Of a stretch of DNA of 64,000 nucleotides, positions 45,064-56,148 are shown one piece after another. How positions within the stretch are numbered: position 1 is the first letter of the stretch; every line of letters starts with the position of its first letter. The stretch is from a virus. The stretch is from IMG/VR virus record IMGVR_UViG_3300042197_004918, positions 109,818 through 173,817 of that record, one strand, 5' to 3'. The translations under genes were made by a program, and so were the position numbers. The notes below the pieces were generated by a model. That model saw only the letters and a program-made list of their open reading frames with translations, was not told where the DNA came from and made no database searches.

Positions 45064-45763
45064 TAGTGAATGTCTGGAGTATCTGATGGTTTGGGTGAAG
45101 ACGACTTGGATTCAAAATACATCCAAAGTATTCCTACGGAGTATATGATTCCGAAGAATACAGTCAATCCCATACACACGGATAACATAGCTAAAAGTCT
45201 TAGAGCGTTCATTTTAAGGTTCTTCGTTTAACTCCTTCAACTCTTCTTCTGTAAGAGTGGATTCTAACGCACGACGTTTGTTAACCAGTCGCCGATGTTC
45301 CATTTTCAGGCACAGCAATTTGATTTCAAGGTAGATTCCATAAAGAAACATTGAAAGTCCAGACACGGCAATACAGAGGATTATTGCCCATAGCATCCAA
45401 CCAAACCAGTATGCGGATGGTAAATTCATTTCGGATTTTCAGCAGGGCTGATAATCTCCACTCGCATCTTTTTCTTTTCAATGAAGGCTTCGTCAATAAG
45501 GTATTGGACTAGGCTATCGGCGGTGGATTTGAAATCGTAAAAAGGGACATTGGCGTTATTGTATATCTCCAGCTTGTCTTCGTGAATGTTGATTCTGTGA
45601 CCGAACAATACAATTTCCTCTACGGTTTTTTCTTTTTTCATAAGATTCTATGAGTATAAGATGTTCCTCTGATTAGTCAAGTCGATTCGACTACTGCAAT
45701 AAATATTGACTCACATATCGAATACATTGACAATACGGATATTTCTTTGTAAGCTTTATCAAA

Positions 45764-46111
45764 ATGAGATTAGCAATAATAGGTTCACGCAGTTTTACAA
45801 ATATTGATTTGGCCGAACAGGTTTTTGTTTCATTTTTCCCAAAAGGAAAAGTTTCTTTAATTGTTTCCGGTGGCGCCAAAGGTGCGGATTTGATTGGAAG
45901 AGAAATTTCCAAAAGACATTCAATCGAACTTCTTGAGTTTATACCAGATTGGGAAAATTTAGGAAAGTCCGCCGGATTTATAAGAAATCGGCAAATAGTA
46001 GAATCATCCGACATGGTGCTTGCGTTCCACGATGGAATCAGCCGAGGAACACAAAACTCTCTGGACGTTTCCAGACAATTAAAGAAACCATCATTAATTT
46101 GGTTTTTCTAG
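45764..46111 (+). CDS. SLOG family protein (DUF2493/YspA-like)
   Basis: IIGSR, VSGGAKGAD, AG.IRN, S.GT. Confidence 0.8.
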   Translation: MRLAIIGSRSFTNIDLAEQVFVSFFPKGKVSLIVSGGAKGADLIGREISKRHSIELLEFIPDWENLGKSAGFIRNRQIVESSDMVLAFHDGISRGTQNSLDVSRQLKKPSLIWFF

Positions 46112-46146
46112 GTTGACTTTTTTTCCGTCGGTGTTAATATCATTCT

Positions 46147-46722
46147 GTGAGTAAGAAATTTTATTCGTGGATGAAGAATGGGTCGAACGTGAGGAAGGTT
46201 AAATCTCTTTACACGTTGAGGCCATACCACAATTGGAAACATATTGAGAAGTGCCTCTCGTTTTTCGATAAACGATTGCAACCTCATGCGACCGATGAAT
46301 TGTTGTTTGCTGTAGTTTATCACGACGCGATATACAATCCAGGATCGAATACCAATGAGGAGGATAGCGTGTCACTGGCAAAATTGGACCTGTCTGGTCT
46401 TGAGTTAAATCTGAACAAAATCTCAGACCTCATTATTTCAACTAAGCACCGCTATCATACATCTTTCGCTGATGACGATGAGACACAGTGTATGCTTGAT
46501 GTAGATTTGTCCATACTGGGTTCTCCGAGAGACGAGTATATCGAATACGCTCAGTCAATACGTGAGGAGTATTTGTTTGTAAATTATCCCACGTTCTCAA
46601 AGGCGAGAATAGATTTCTTACAAAAGATGCTTTCGAGAAAAGTGATTTTCAACAAACTCACGGAATTGGAATCCGTAGCGAGAACAAACTTATATGATGA
46701 AATCGTGCATCTATCCCGGTAG
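46147..46722 (+). CDS. HD-superfamily phosphohydrolase
   Basis: R.YHN..HI, YHDAIY..NEE.S, D.DLSILG, IREEY. Confidence 0.85.
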   Translation: MSKKFYSWMKNGSNVRKVKSLYTLRPYHNWKHIEKCLSFFDKRLQPHATDELLFAVVYHDAIYNPGSNTNEEDSVSLAKLDLSGLELNLNKISDLIISTKHRYHTSFADDDETQCMLDVDLSILGSPRDEYIEYAQSIREEYLFVNYPTFSKARIDFLQKMLSRKVIFNKLTELESVARTNLYDEIVHLSR

Positions 46723-47821
46723 TTTTGACCCACTCACTCTAGGACACCTTGACATAATCTCTCGTGCAGCCAATATGTTCGAGACTGTTTATGTTGCAGT
46801 GGGCATCAATAAATCAAAAACGGGAGCATTTACCGTAGATGAAAGAACGTCTCTCATAACCGAGGCCACCAAACGAATTCCGAACGTCAAAGTGGTTCAA
46901 TTCAGTGGATTATTGGCAGATTATTGTTATGAATTGGGTTGCAAAGTTGTGATAAAGGGAGTCCGAAATTTTCAAGACTTTGACTATGAACGGTTGTTGA
47001 ATGATGTCGGGCATACACAACAACGGGGAATCGAAACGATTACACTTTTCGCTAAGACAGAACTATCCCATGTCAGTTCTTCCGCTGTGAAGGAGTTGGT
47101 TAAATACAATGGGTTGATAGATGGATACGTCTCACTTAATGTAAAAGAAGCACTTGAGGCCCGTTGTATGAGTCAGTATGTGCTGGGTGTCACAGGAGAA
47201 ATAGGGATGGGGAAATCCTTCTTTTCTAAAAAAATGGTGGAGATTGGAAATACGTCGTTTCATTCCATGACCAAAGAAATCGACCTGGATAAGATAGGCC
47301 ACGATATTCTTCACGTTAGAACCGAACCGGTTTATCTTGAACTCCGAGAAAACATCATTAAAGAGTTTTCCCTCGGCGGCGACGTTATTGACCGAAAACT
47401 CTTAGGTTCAATCGTGTTCAACGATTCGTCTGCGCTTGATAAATTGAATGCTATGATGAGGATTCCAATGTTGACCCGTATAAGGAAAGAAATGGGCACA
47501 TGGAAAGGATTGTTAATTTTAAATGGTGCTTTATTGGTCGAATCCAACCTGTTGTCCCTCTGTAATAACAATGTGGTCTTGGTATCTTCCAGTGAAGAAA
47601 ATCAATTGAAGGTATTGAAGAACAGAGGGATGTCGGACGAACAGATTTCACGGAGAATTCGGAGTCAGCTCACCAATTCTAAGAAACTGGAGAAGATTAA
47701 GGAGTCGATAAACATTTCCGGCCACGGTGAGGTTGTGGTGATAACGGATATTTACGACAATGACTCGGTTTCCAATGTAATTAATCACATTTCCACGAAC
47801 GCGCTCAGGAAAATCCCTTGA
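46694..47821 (+). CDS. coaD: fused phosphopantetheine adenylyltransferase + dephospho-CoA kinase (CoaD-CoaE)
   Basis: YPGSFDPLTLGH, SSS.VKE; then GVTGEIGMGKS, D.D.IGH, IDRK.LG.IVF, R...Q. Confidence 0.88.
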   Translation: MMKSCIYPGSFDPLTLGHLDIISRAANMFETVYVAVGINKSKTGAFTVDERTSLITEATKRIPNVKVVQFSGLLADYCYELGCKVVIKGVRNFQDFDYERLLNDVGHTQQRGIETITLFAKTELSHVSSSAVKELVKYNGLIDGYVSLNVKEALEARCMSQYVLGVTGEIGMGKSFFSKKMVEIGNTSFHSMTKEIDLDKIGHDILHVRTEPVYLELRENIIKEFSLGGDVIDRKLLGSIVFNDSSALDKLNAMMRIPMLTRIRKEMGTWKGLLILNGALLVESNLLSLCNNNVVLVSSSEENQLKVLKNRGMSDEQISRRIRSQLTNSKKLEKIKESINISGHGEVVVITDIYDNDSVSNVINHISTNALRKIP

Positions 47822-47851
47822 CAATCGGAGTAAGATGTATAGAATGTATGT

Positions 47852-48409
47852 ATGTCTAAAACAGTTATTACATTCCTATCCATCGGAGCAGTTTTGCTCG
47901 TCACCGCAATCGTGTTGGTTCTGAGCGGCGTCTCAATCTACAACGACGCAGCATCAGTAAAGAACACCTATGAAATGAAGGTTAAGTCGAACGAAGCAGA
48001 GTTCGATAATATGTGGAAAAAGATTCAGCAAGTCGCTCAAGTCCCTGACGCACAGAAGGAAGCATTCAAGGAAGTCTATTCCTCTTACGCAAGTTCACGG
48101 ACGTCTCCGAATCAAGGTCAGATGATGGCGTGGATAAAGGAATCCGTTCCAAATTACAACGGAGAGATTTATACACAATTGATGAATGTTATCACGGGGT
48201 CAAGAGACGGATGGACCATGAGACAGAACGAACTTGTGGACGTGGCCCGGCAGTATAACGCCAATCTTGTGGTTTTCCCAAAGAACATCTTATTGAAAAT
48301 GTTTGGCTTTGAGAAGATTGAACCAAAGGTAATCACGTCTTCAAAGACAGAACAATCGTTCAAGACCGGTAAGGACGACGACGTGGAACTCTTTAACAAG
48401 AAGAAGTAA
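47852..48409 (+). CDS. LemA-like membrane-anchored protein
   Basis: N-terminal TM; R...YN.....FP..I...FGF. Confidence 0.6.
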   Translation: MSKTVITFLSIGAVLLVTAIVLVLSGVSIYNDAASVKNTYEMKVKSNEAEFDNMWKKIQQVAQVPDAQKEAFKEVYSSYASSRTSPNQGQMMAWIKESVPNYNGEIYTQLMNVITGSRDGWTMRQNELVDVARQYNANLVVFPKNILLKMFGFEKIEPKVITSSKTEQSFKTGKDDDVELFNKKK

Positions 48410-48442
48410 ACTAAACTAACTAAACTAAACTAACTAAACTAA
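48408..48442 (+). repeat. AAACT/AACT short tandem repeat
   Basis: (AAACTAAACTAACT)x2.5 fills the intergenic gap. Confidence 0.8.
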
Positions 48443-48892
48443 ATGAATATCATCAACTTTATCAGAGGCATGGATACCGAGTCTCGTGTATTGTCAGTCA
48501 CCGTTGCTGTGTTTTTGTTTTGGGTGCTGTGTCTCAACCACACGGAACCATTTAACGTCGCCGTGACATATAATTCTCTCAATGGAAATATCGGATTTCA
48601 AACAAACGGTGGGTGGCATCTAACGTCTCCGTTTGTCAGAACATCAGAAATTCCATGCCGTCCAGGCCGAGTTTCTCTAAACTCTCATCGACCTGGGTCA
48701 TCCGTAATAGACGACAAGATTGTTAAATTCATCTTAACTCCCGATGCGTTGACCGAGTTTGTGAAACTGGAGGGGTTTAGATACTCCTACACGCATAACT
48801 CACTCACGGCTTACGCGTTTTCTGGAAAGAAGTTTCCGTTCTTTGAGATAGTGGATGAATACAAGTCATCGGAAAAAACTCCTAAACAGTAA
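48443..48892 (+). CDS. membrane-anchored hypothetical protein
   Basis: N-terminal TM segment. Confidence 0.6.
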   Translation: MNIINFIRGMDTESRVLSVTVAVFLFWVLCLNHTEPFNVAVTYNSLNGNIGFQTNGGWHLTSPFVRTSEIPCRPGRVSLNSHRPGSSVIDDKIVKFILTPDALTEFVKLEGFRYSYTHNSLTAYAFSGKKFPFFEIVDEYKSSEKTPKQ

Positions 48893-48897
48893 TCCTC

Positions 48898-50082
48898 ATG
48901 TATCTGTTTTACATATTTTCGCTCATCCCTCTCATAATTGGATTAGTGTTCTGGCTCCGGTCAGATAAAATAATCTGGCAAGAGTGGGTAGGTGCATCGG
49001 TTCTCGCATTCGCAATCTCTGGTGTGACACACCTAGTTGCTGCAAAAGGAATGACCGATGACAGAGAGACGTGGAGCGGACAGGTTTCTGCTGTTCAATA
49101 TATTCCTCGTTGGAAAGAGTATTACGAAGAAGCGATATACAGAACAGAATATTATTCCGAAAACGAAACCAGAACTAGAACGGTTGGTTCGGGAAAAAAT
49201 TCAAGAACGGAAACCTACACCGTCAGCGTCCAAAAAAGTCGGAGAGTGTTCGACCACTGGGAATCCCGGCGTAGGTGGCATGAAGCTAAGTGGCACTGTG
49301 AAACCGACTTAAATCAATCATTTTCTATCTCGGAGGGAGATTACAATAGAATCGTGTCGAGGTTCGGGAAGACTGAACCGAAGCCGGGCAGAAGGAGAAC
49401 GGGTGAACATGCATCCCGTATGTTGGAAGGCGACCCGAATGACCATTGGAGTGTCAACGTAAATCGTTGGTGTGAACCCGTCACTGACAGCAGAACATTT
49501 GAAAATCGAATCAAAGCGGCTCCAAGCGTATTCTCCTTTGTCAAGGTTCCAACTAACATAAACGTGTTCCCATACCCAAACAACAAGGATGTTTTTCATT
49601 CCGACCGACTATTGGGCGAAGCGAGAAAGATTGACTGGCTGAAGTTCGACCAACTCAATAGTTTCCTGGGTGCTAGAAAAAAGGTAAACCTGATAATGGT
49701 TGGATTTAAGGATGCGGATTCAATGATAGCTGAATATCAGAAAGCTGCGTGGATTGGTGGGAAGAAGAACGACATAGTTCTAATGTATAATTTGAACTCC
49801 GGGTCTACTAAACCATCTTGGACAAGAGTGTTCGGTTGGAGTGAGTCGGAACTGTGTAAGCGAAACTTGGAGACAATTCTTCTTTCTAATCCAATTGATG
49901 ACACAATCCTTGAACGTATTAACAAAGAGGTGAGCACCAACTACACCATCAAGGATTGGTCCAAATTTGATTATTTGACCATCGAACCGAGAACGTCTCA
50001 CTTTGTTTGGTTCTTCGCGATTCTCATCTTGACTCAGACGGGGTTGTATGTATACTTCCATCGTAACGAATTCTCAAAATGA
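48898..50082 (+). CDS. membrane protein (2 N-terminal and 1 C-terminal TM)
   Basis: 394 aa; W.GGKKND motif. Confidence 0.7.
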   Translation: MYLFYIFSLIPLIIGLVFWLRSDKIIWQEWVGASVLAFAISGVTHLVAAKGMTDDRETWSGQVSAVQYIPRWKEYYEEAIYRTEYYSENETRTRTVGSGKNSRTETYTVSVQKSRRVFDHWESRRRWHEAKWHCETDLNQSFSISEGDYNRIVSRFGKTEPKPGRRRTGEHASRMLEGDPNDHWSVNVNRWCEPVTDSRTFENRIKAAPSVFSFVKVPTNINVFPYPNNKDVFHSDRLLGEARKIDWLKFDQLNSFLGARKKVNLIMVGFKDADSMIAEYQKAAWIGGKKNDIVLMYNLNSGSTKPSWTRVFGWSESELCKRNLETILLSNPIDDTILERINKEVSTNYTIKDWSKFDYLTIEPRTSHFVWFFAILILTQTGLYVYFHRNEFSK

Positions 50083-50275
50083 GAGTAGTCCTAAGAAAAA
50101 ACAAAAAGATAGACGGTGTGGACTACATCAAGCATGAAGAGTTTATACTCAAGGGGTTTCACTGGACGGATGTGGTTGGAAGCGATATGTATTATGTCGA
50201 ATCCAAATCAGGCAAATTCCACACGGTAGAACCGAACCTTTTCGATTTCGATTGTAGAGATTTAAAACCAAAACT

Positions 50276-50701
50276 ATGAACAACACAGAACTAACTAAAC
50301 TAAAAAAGACCCTCGCTAAGAAGGCTGAACAATTCAAGAAAGCTCAATCCGAATCGTTCAGAGAAATGTCATCCGTGATTTTTGATGCGTTTCCGGAAGT
50401 AAAAAGTTTTGGATTCCGTGGATATACTCCCGGATTCAATGATGGTGATGAATGTCTGTTCACCTGCGACTTGAGTTATCCAATCGTAAACGGGTATGAC
50501 TCTAATATGTGTGACTGGGTTGACGACACGGAACGGACGGAGAAAGAAACCAGTGCTGCAAACGAGCTTGCAGATGAAGTCGGAAAAGTGTTGTCCGAGA
50601 TTCCGAAGGATTTGATTGCTGGCGTGTTTGGTTCAAGTGGATTCACCGCCACGATTACGAGGGATAAAATCACAGTAGAAGATTACGACTGTGGGTATTA
50701 A
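50276..50701 (+). CDS. hypothetical protein (FNDGD motif)
   Basis: YTPGFNDGD; related to 54061. Confidence 0.7.
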   Translation: MNNTELTKLKKTLAKKAEQFKKAQSESFREMSSVIFDAFPEVKSFGFRGYTPGFNDGDECLFTCDLSYPIVNGYDSNMCDWVDDTERTEKETSAANELADEVGKVLSEIPKDLIAGVFGSSGFTATITRDKITVEDYDCGY

Positions 50702-51107
50702 GTTATATGCGACTTCCAACATTCAATAACGAATCGTTTACTAAAGATTTTCCTGTTCACCCAGGACGATATATTCGGCGGTTTGGGCATTTCCCACATG
50801 AGGAACTTATGACCGTGGTTAAAAAGGGTCCATTGGATTTGGTTTACATATTAGGAAGAACGGAACAAGACGAAGACTACCTTCGACGCCAGGACGCATC
50901 CTGCGGTGCGTCTTACTGTAAATTTGTTCCAGCGAAAGTGACTGAGGTTTGTTATGCAGAGGGATGGCATGCTGCACAGTATGCTGCTCAAAAACTGTTG
51001 GGTTCTTATTTTCCGTCATATTGGAATGATGACACGGTTTCAAAGGAGTTAGCGGAAAAATGAAACTCCTAGTTGACATCTATAATATCCAGATGTAAGA
51101 TTCTAAT

Positions 51108-51617
51108 ATGTCTAAGCCATACATTCATTCACAGAGCTCGGCCCGTAAATACGGTGGGGTTCCCGAAGATTATCTTGAGATTCATGCTTTTATGGATTGT
51201 TCAAAGGGATCGATGGCCGATAACAGACACAGAGCTTTGACGCATAACTCTTGGTTCCTCTCTAACATCTTGGAACGTATCAACTTTTCCAACTCTAATC
51301 CGATGTTGCCGAACGGAACATTTCCGACTATTACAAACAGTGAAGGAAAGGTCGTCTCCGTTAGAGATATTGGCGAGCAACACATTCTTGAGGATTATGC
51401 AGGCCGTTTTATCCCTTCGGCTCAAGACTTTCTCTGTGAAATGGAATATAAACCTTGGATGCAAAATGGGAAGGGTACCCCTCCCAGCTTTGAAAAGATT
51501 GAGAAACATCGGAAGGTGAGAGTCCTTGATGAACTCGGGAAAGACCATCCATTTAACAAACCGTTGGTTATTGAAGAACAGCCAAAAATTAGCGTCAGAG
51601 GAACACTTTTAGATTAA
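51108..51617 (+). CDS. hypothetical protein (DUF6915-like)
   Basis: PY.HS.SSARKYGG..EDY..IH..D, HRALTH, EQHILED. Confidence 0.7.
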   Translation: MSKPYIHSQSSARKYGGVPEDYLEIHAFMDCSKGSMADNRHRALTHNSWFLSNILERINFSNSNPMLPNGTFPTITNSEGKVVSVRDIGEQHILEDYAGRFIPSAQDFLCEMEYKPWMQNGKGTPPSFEKIEKHRKVRVLDELGKDHPFNKPLVIEEQPKISVRGTLLD

Positions 51618-51623
51618 AACATT

Positions 51624-52028
51624 ATGAAAAACTCATTACCACCAATATATTCGGGAGGATTCAAATTATTGACCCAAAAAGACCTTGAGACTTTGGGGAT
51701 CAAAGCTCAATTTGATAAACAAGCGTCTGATTCTTACAACCGTTACAGAGATTTCGTTAGAACCTATTATCCGCATAATGCCGCTTTGGCCGAGGTAATG
51801 GTTGATAGCGAATACAACGACAACACTTACGATAACCAAATTCAGATGTTGGTCGTTTATGATGAAAATGGCGACGAACTCGTTCCAAATAAAGATACTG
51901 CCAGGAAGTGCAGAGAAGAAATGAGAATGTTGGGGATGCCAGGTGGAAGATACGATTCGAGTGAACCAGAGGAATCATTCTTTGTTCAAATGGATCCAAA
52001 GTTTCCCGACCTCTACGTTAAGGTTTAA
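51624..52028 (+). CDS. hypothetical protein
   Basis: ORF in operon. Confidence 0.65.
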   Translation: MKNSLPPIYSGGFKLLTQKDLETLGIKAQFDKQASDSYNRYRDFVRTYYPHNAALAEVMVDSEYNDNTYDNQIQMLVVYDENGDELVPNKDTARKCREEMRMLGMPGGRYDSSEPEESFFVQMDPKFPDLYVKV

Positions 52029-52876
52029 TGAAAGTCCGCTGGATAGTCGAAAACTTCACCGATTCTGAAGATTATCGCAATCTAATTCAATCGGTAAGAG
52101 ACTCTGGCCGTGACTGTTTTGTAATCGGTCGGCACAACCACTTTGACTTCGACCCAACCTCATTTAAATCAAATGAGTGCATCATGTTCTTGGGGTCCAT
52201 TCAGATGACTAAGAACGTCACCGATAGGCTTCCTTCCGGGTGTTTCCCGATTTCCTATAATACGTGGAAGAACTACTTGTGTTCATCCTACTACCCACCG
52301 TTGAAGAATCATCTCTTTAACGATAACTTTGAATTCACCACAATCGGTGAGTTTAGGGCAAATTTCTTTGAATTTTATAGAAAGTTTGGAAAAGAAGCAA
52401 TGGTATTCATCCGACCGGATACCGGAGAGAAATCGTTTCAAGGCCAACTCCTAGACATTCAAGACTTTGATAAATTTTGGGGAAGTTCACAGATTCAATC
52501 GGACGACCCGACTGAAAAGATGATAGTGTCTTCACCGAAGAATATAAACGGTGAGTGGCGGTTTGTGTGTTCAAAGTATAATGGTGGAGAAATCATTGCA
52601 CAGTCCACGTATCAGTATCAAAAGAAAAGAACACTTATACCGTCTGCTCCTGTTGGGGCGACCAATAAATGTTTGGAAGTTCTCAAAGAGGGATATTATC
52701 CAGATTCAGTGTTCTGCGTGGACATCTGTGAGGACAATGATGGAAATTTCTGGTTGCTTGAACTGACCTCGTTTTCTTCCGCTGGTTTGTATGCCACTGA
52801 TAAACAGAAGGTTGTGAACCGCGTCAACGAAATTGTTGAAATGGAATATAAAAATCACGTTGACATTTTGGTTTAA
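52028..52876 (+). CDS. ATP-grasp protein (DUF4343/R2K-like)
   Basis: FIRP..G.KSF.G, EWRF, VDI, LE...FSSAG.Y. Confidence 0.75.
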   Translation: MKVRWIVENFTDSEDYRNLIQSVRDSGRDCFVIGRHNHFDFDPTSFKSNECIMFLGSIQMTKNVTDRLPSGCFPISYNTWKNYLCSSYYPPLKNHLFNDNFEFTTIGEFRANFFEFYRKFGKEAMVFIRPDTGEKSFQGQLLDIQDFDKFWGSSQIQSDDPTEKMIVSSPKNINGEWRFVCSKYNGGEIIAQSTYQYQKKRTLIPSAPVGATNKCLEVLKEGYYPDSVFCVDICEDNDGNFWLLELTSFSSAGLYATDKQKVVNRVNEIVEMEYKNHVDILV

Positions 52877-52894
52877 GGTGATAGGATTATCTCA

Positions 52895-54052
52895 ATGAAC
52901 AAACTCTACGACACGCTCTACACGATTGATTCCACCGGTAAGACCCGTGTGTGGAGACAGGAACAACAGGGAAACAAGTATCGAACCATCGCTGGGGTGA
53001 AGGGTTCGGATAACATGGTCACGAGCGAATGGACTTTGTGTGAGGGTAAAAACGTGGGTAAGGCTAACGCCACGTCGGGTGAGAGTCAAGCCGAGGCCGA
53101 AGTTTTGGCTAAATATAAGAAACAACTCAAGACGGGGTATGCTAAGTCTGAAAAGGATGCTTCAAAGGGAACTTCTTACGTTGAACCGATGTTGGCAAAG
53201 GAACTGAATGATTACATCACAAAGATTGACTTCTCAAAGGGTGTGTTGGTTCAAAACAAATACAACGGCGCTCGTTGTGTCGCCACGTTGGAAGATGGTA
53301 AGGTGGTGCTGAAGTCTCGTAAAGGAGAACTGTGGGTCAGCGTCCCACATATCAATAAAGACCTTGAGAAATTCTTTAAGAACTATCCAAATGCGGTTCT
53401 TGACGGAGAACTCTACAATTATGACCTTCGCGAAAAATTGAATGAATTGATGAAGTTGGTCAGAAAAACAAAGGACATCACAGCGGAAGAACTTCGCAAG
53501 AGTGAACAGATGGTTAGGTTCTACGTTTACGACGGTTATGGAACCGACGTTAAGACGCTCAATCAAGAGGTTGATTACGTTATCCGTAAAGCGTGGATTG
53601 ATGAAGTTTTGCCCGATTACTCTACCTATTACCGTCAGGTCAAGACAACACTTGTTCGCTCCATGAAGGAGGTTGACAAACTTTATGGAACCTTCTTGGC
53701 AGACGGTGAGGAAGGTGCAATCATCCGTATGCCGCACTCTCCATACGAGAACAAACGCAGTAAATTCCTTTTGAAGTATAAGCCCGTGGACGATGACGAA
53801 GCGGTTATCGTGGAATTAATTGAAGGAACAGGGAACTGGTCCAAGACGGCCAAGACTGCTACTTTGAAGTGGAAGGGAATGACGTTTGACGCAACCTTCC
53901 TCAAGAGCTACGAACTCGGCGTTGAACGCCTCAAAAATAAGAAGGATTGGGTTGGTAAGACGGTCACGTTCCTTTACACTGGACTGACGGGATTGGGAAC
54001 GCCCAATTACGCCAGAATTGACCCGGAGAATTGCTTTAAAAACGACAGATAA
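52895..54052 (+). CDS. ATP-dependent DNA ligase
   Basis: PMLA, KYNGAR, LDGELY, EGAIIR, LLKYK. Confidence 0.92.
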   Translation: MNKLYDTLYTIDSTGKTRVWRQEQQGNKYRTIAGVKGSDNMVTSEWTLCEGKNVGKANATSGESQAEAEVLAKYKKQLKTGYAKSEKDASKGTSYVEPMLAKELNDYITKIDFSKGVLVQNKYNGARCVATLEDGKVVLKSRKGELWVSVPHINKDLEKFFKNYPNAVLDGELYNYDLREKLNELMKLVRKTKDITAEELRKSEQMVRFYVYDGYGTDVKTLNQEVDYVIRKAWIDEVLPDYSTYYRQVKTTLVRSMKEVDKLYGTFLADGEEGAIIRMPHSPYENKRSKFLLKYKPVDDDEAVIVELIEGTGNWSKTAKTATLKWKGMTFDATFLKSYELGVERLKNKKDWVGKTVTFLYTGLTGLGTPNYARIDPENCFKNDR

Positions 54053-54060
54053 ACAAAACC

Positions 54061-54462
54061 ATGAGAGACATTAACACAATAAAAACCGAACTGGCTCAAC
54101 TCAACCTTCAGATTCAAAATCTCACGGAGAGAACCAAGGTAAATTTCAAATCCGACCTAAAGGATTTACTTGAGGAATACAAGGGGAAGTTCGACCGGTT
54201 GGATATTGGTCTAAACAACCACGAATTCAACGACGGTGACGCCACGTATTTCGGCCTTCATTACGAAGACATGACGTTGGTTTATTCCGATGAACTTGGA
54301 AATGAAAGTGAACAGTCATCTTACGGAGATAAAGACAACCCAGACATGGAAGCAATTCGTATGAAGTTCGTTGAATTGTTTAAAGCATACGACCTCGGCG
54401 ACCTCTACGAATCTCTCTACGGTGATGACTACGAATCCGTCACAATCGAAGCTCTGAGATAA
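54061..54462 (+). CDS. hypothetical protein (FNDGD motif)
   Basis: HEFNDGD; related to 50276. Confidence 0.65.
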   Translation: MRDINTIKTELAQLNLQIQNLTERTKVNFKSDLKDLLEEYKGKFDRLDIGLNNHEFNDGDATYFGLHYEDMTLVYSDELGNESEQSSYGDKDNPDMEAIRMKFVELFKAYDLGDLYESLYGDDYESVTIEALR

Positions 54463-55389
54463 TATGTTTGAACATCTAAAAAAATACACGGATGCGGAAG
54501 ATATACTAAGAAATTCCGTGGCCTTCGATGTCTCGGACGTTTTTCTGAAATCCGCCTTGACCATTGAACGGAAAAATGTAGGAAAAATAAACGAGAAGAC
54601 CATAGTTGTTCTCCCTTACAACGAAACTGGACTGGAAGAATATCCTGAGTTCAACTTCAAGATTAGCCGTGAACAACACGATGACCTAGTGGAACGATTC
54701 AGAGTTATTCAGGAAATATGAATAACACTGAAACGGAGTGTTTGGCGTTGTCGAAAATTCCAAAGGATTTCCTTGATAGAGTAGATTGGGGATTATACGG
54801 TGGAAGGGTCCAATTTTACATAAAAGGCGTAGATGGAACTCTTGCTCAACTTGGGTCAGAACTCCCCGATGAGGTCAGTCTTCGGAAAGTAATAGCTTAT
54901 GCCGATGTGGAACATAAACGGCTTGTTAAAAGACATGAAAAAAGTAAACAGTGGTAACGATACTCCCCGGACTGATGAAGAATGTTTCTCTGGACCTTAT
55001 GGTTCGGAGGTTTTCGTCCCGGCAAATTTCGCTAGACAGCTTGAACGAGAACTAATTATCGCTCTCTCAAAACTCAAAGAGTGTGAACGACAAATAGTTC
55101 AGTTGGAGACTGAGAATATGAGAATCAACGAAGATAAACTTAGGTTGGATTGGCTTCAATACGGTCACGGAGTAGTCGCATTGTCGAAATCCGCTGGAAA
55201 AATAGTATTCTCTGCTAATTTTGAAGAACAAGACTGGGACGAACATGAAGATGTTCGGAAAGCAATAGACGTTGTTAAAAACACGAGTCCTAAATGCCCC
55301 AAGTGTGGAAGTCACACCCAACTCTGGGTGAATCAAGACACTAAGAAGTTGACTTGTCATAGGTGGGGATGTAATAATGTAGAACTTGA

Positions 55390-55932
55390 ATGAGTGACCT
55401 TATGTTTAACGAGGTTCCCATCGTTGGGAATGAATACTCCAAAGGAGACTGGCAGAAAATTGCAGTTCACGATACCAATGTCATCAAAGGTTTCTTTGGC
55501 GACTATAGATTTCTTTCCAACTTCTACGATTCGCCGGTCTATTACGAGGGGTTGTTATATCGTTCATCGGAGTGTGCATATCAAGCAGCAAAACTTCTTC
55601 CACATTATCGTTCAGCTTTACAGTCGGTGTCAGCAGCAACTTCTAAGAAGATTTGGAAAAGTTTCGGTGAGGATTCTTTATACGACAATTGTGCTGAAGA
55701 GTGGGATGAACGAAAATATGATGTAATGTCTTCCATCGTGTTTGAAAAATTTTTGAGGAATAAAGTTCTTCGTCATAAACTTAGTTCGACAGGAGATAGA
55801 CATTTAGAAGAAACAAATTGGTGGAAGGATGTTTGCTGGGGAGTGGATATTAACCTCGGCGGTAAAAACTGGTTGGGAATCATACTGATGAATACCAGAT
55901 ATTTCTGGGAAAATAGACCGAAGGAATTGTAA
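55390..55932 (+). CDS. NADAR family protein
   Basis: FLSNFY, SE.AYQA.K, KF..N..L...L.STG, E...W.D..WG, G.N.LG.ILM. Confidence 0.9.
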   Translation: MSDLMFNEVPIVGNEYSKGDWQKIAVHDTNVIKGFFGDYRFLSNFYDSPVYYEGLLYRSSECAYQAAKLLPHYRSALQSVSAATSKKIWKSFGEDSLYDNCAEEWDERKYDVMSSIVFEKFLRNKVLRHKLSSTGDRHLEETNWWKDVCWGVDINLGGKNWLGIILMNTRYFWENRPKEL

Positions 55933-56148
55933 TATGAAAGCGTATAAAATAGAGTTACTCGTCGTTGATTTTGATGAATTAGGTAAAGATGGTATAATTC
56001 GAGAAATTGAGAACGCCAATTATCCAAACGACTGTCTCTCGCCGAGGGTAAAATCGGTGACTGAGAGGGATATTGGAGCGTGGCACGACGACCATCCGCT
56101 CAACAAATTTGCCACGATGGATAATGCATATAAGGAGATTTTCGACAA

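Noticed and set aside
48408-48442. CRISPR or functional repeat array
   Set aside because: Only a 35-nt low-complexity AAACT repeat; no repeat-spacer array seen anywhere in the window.
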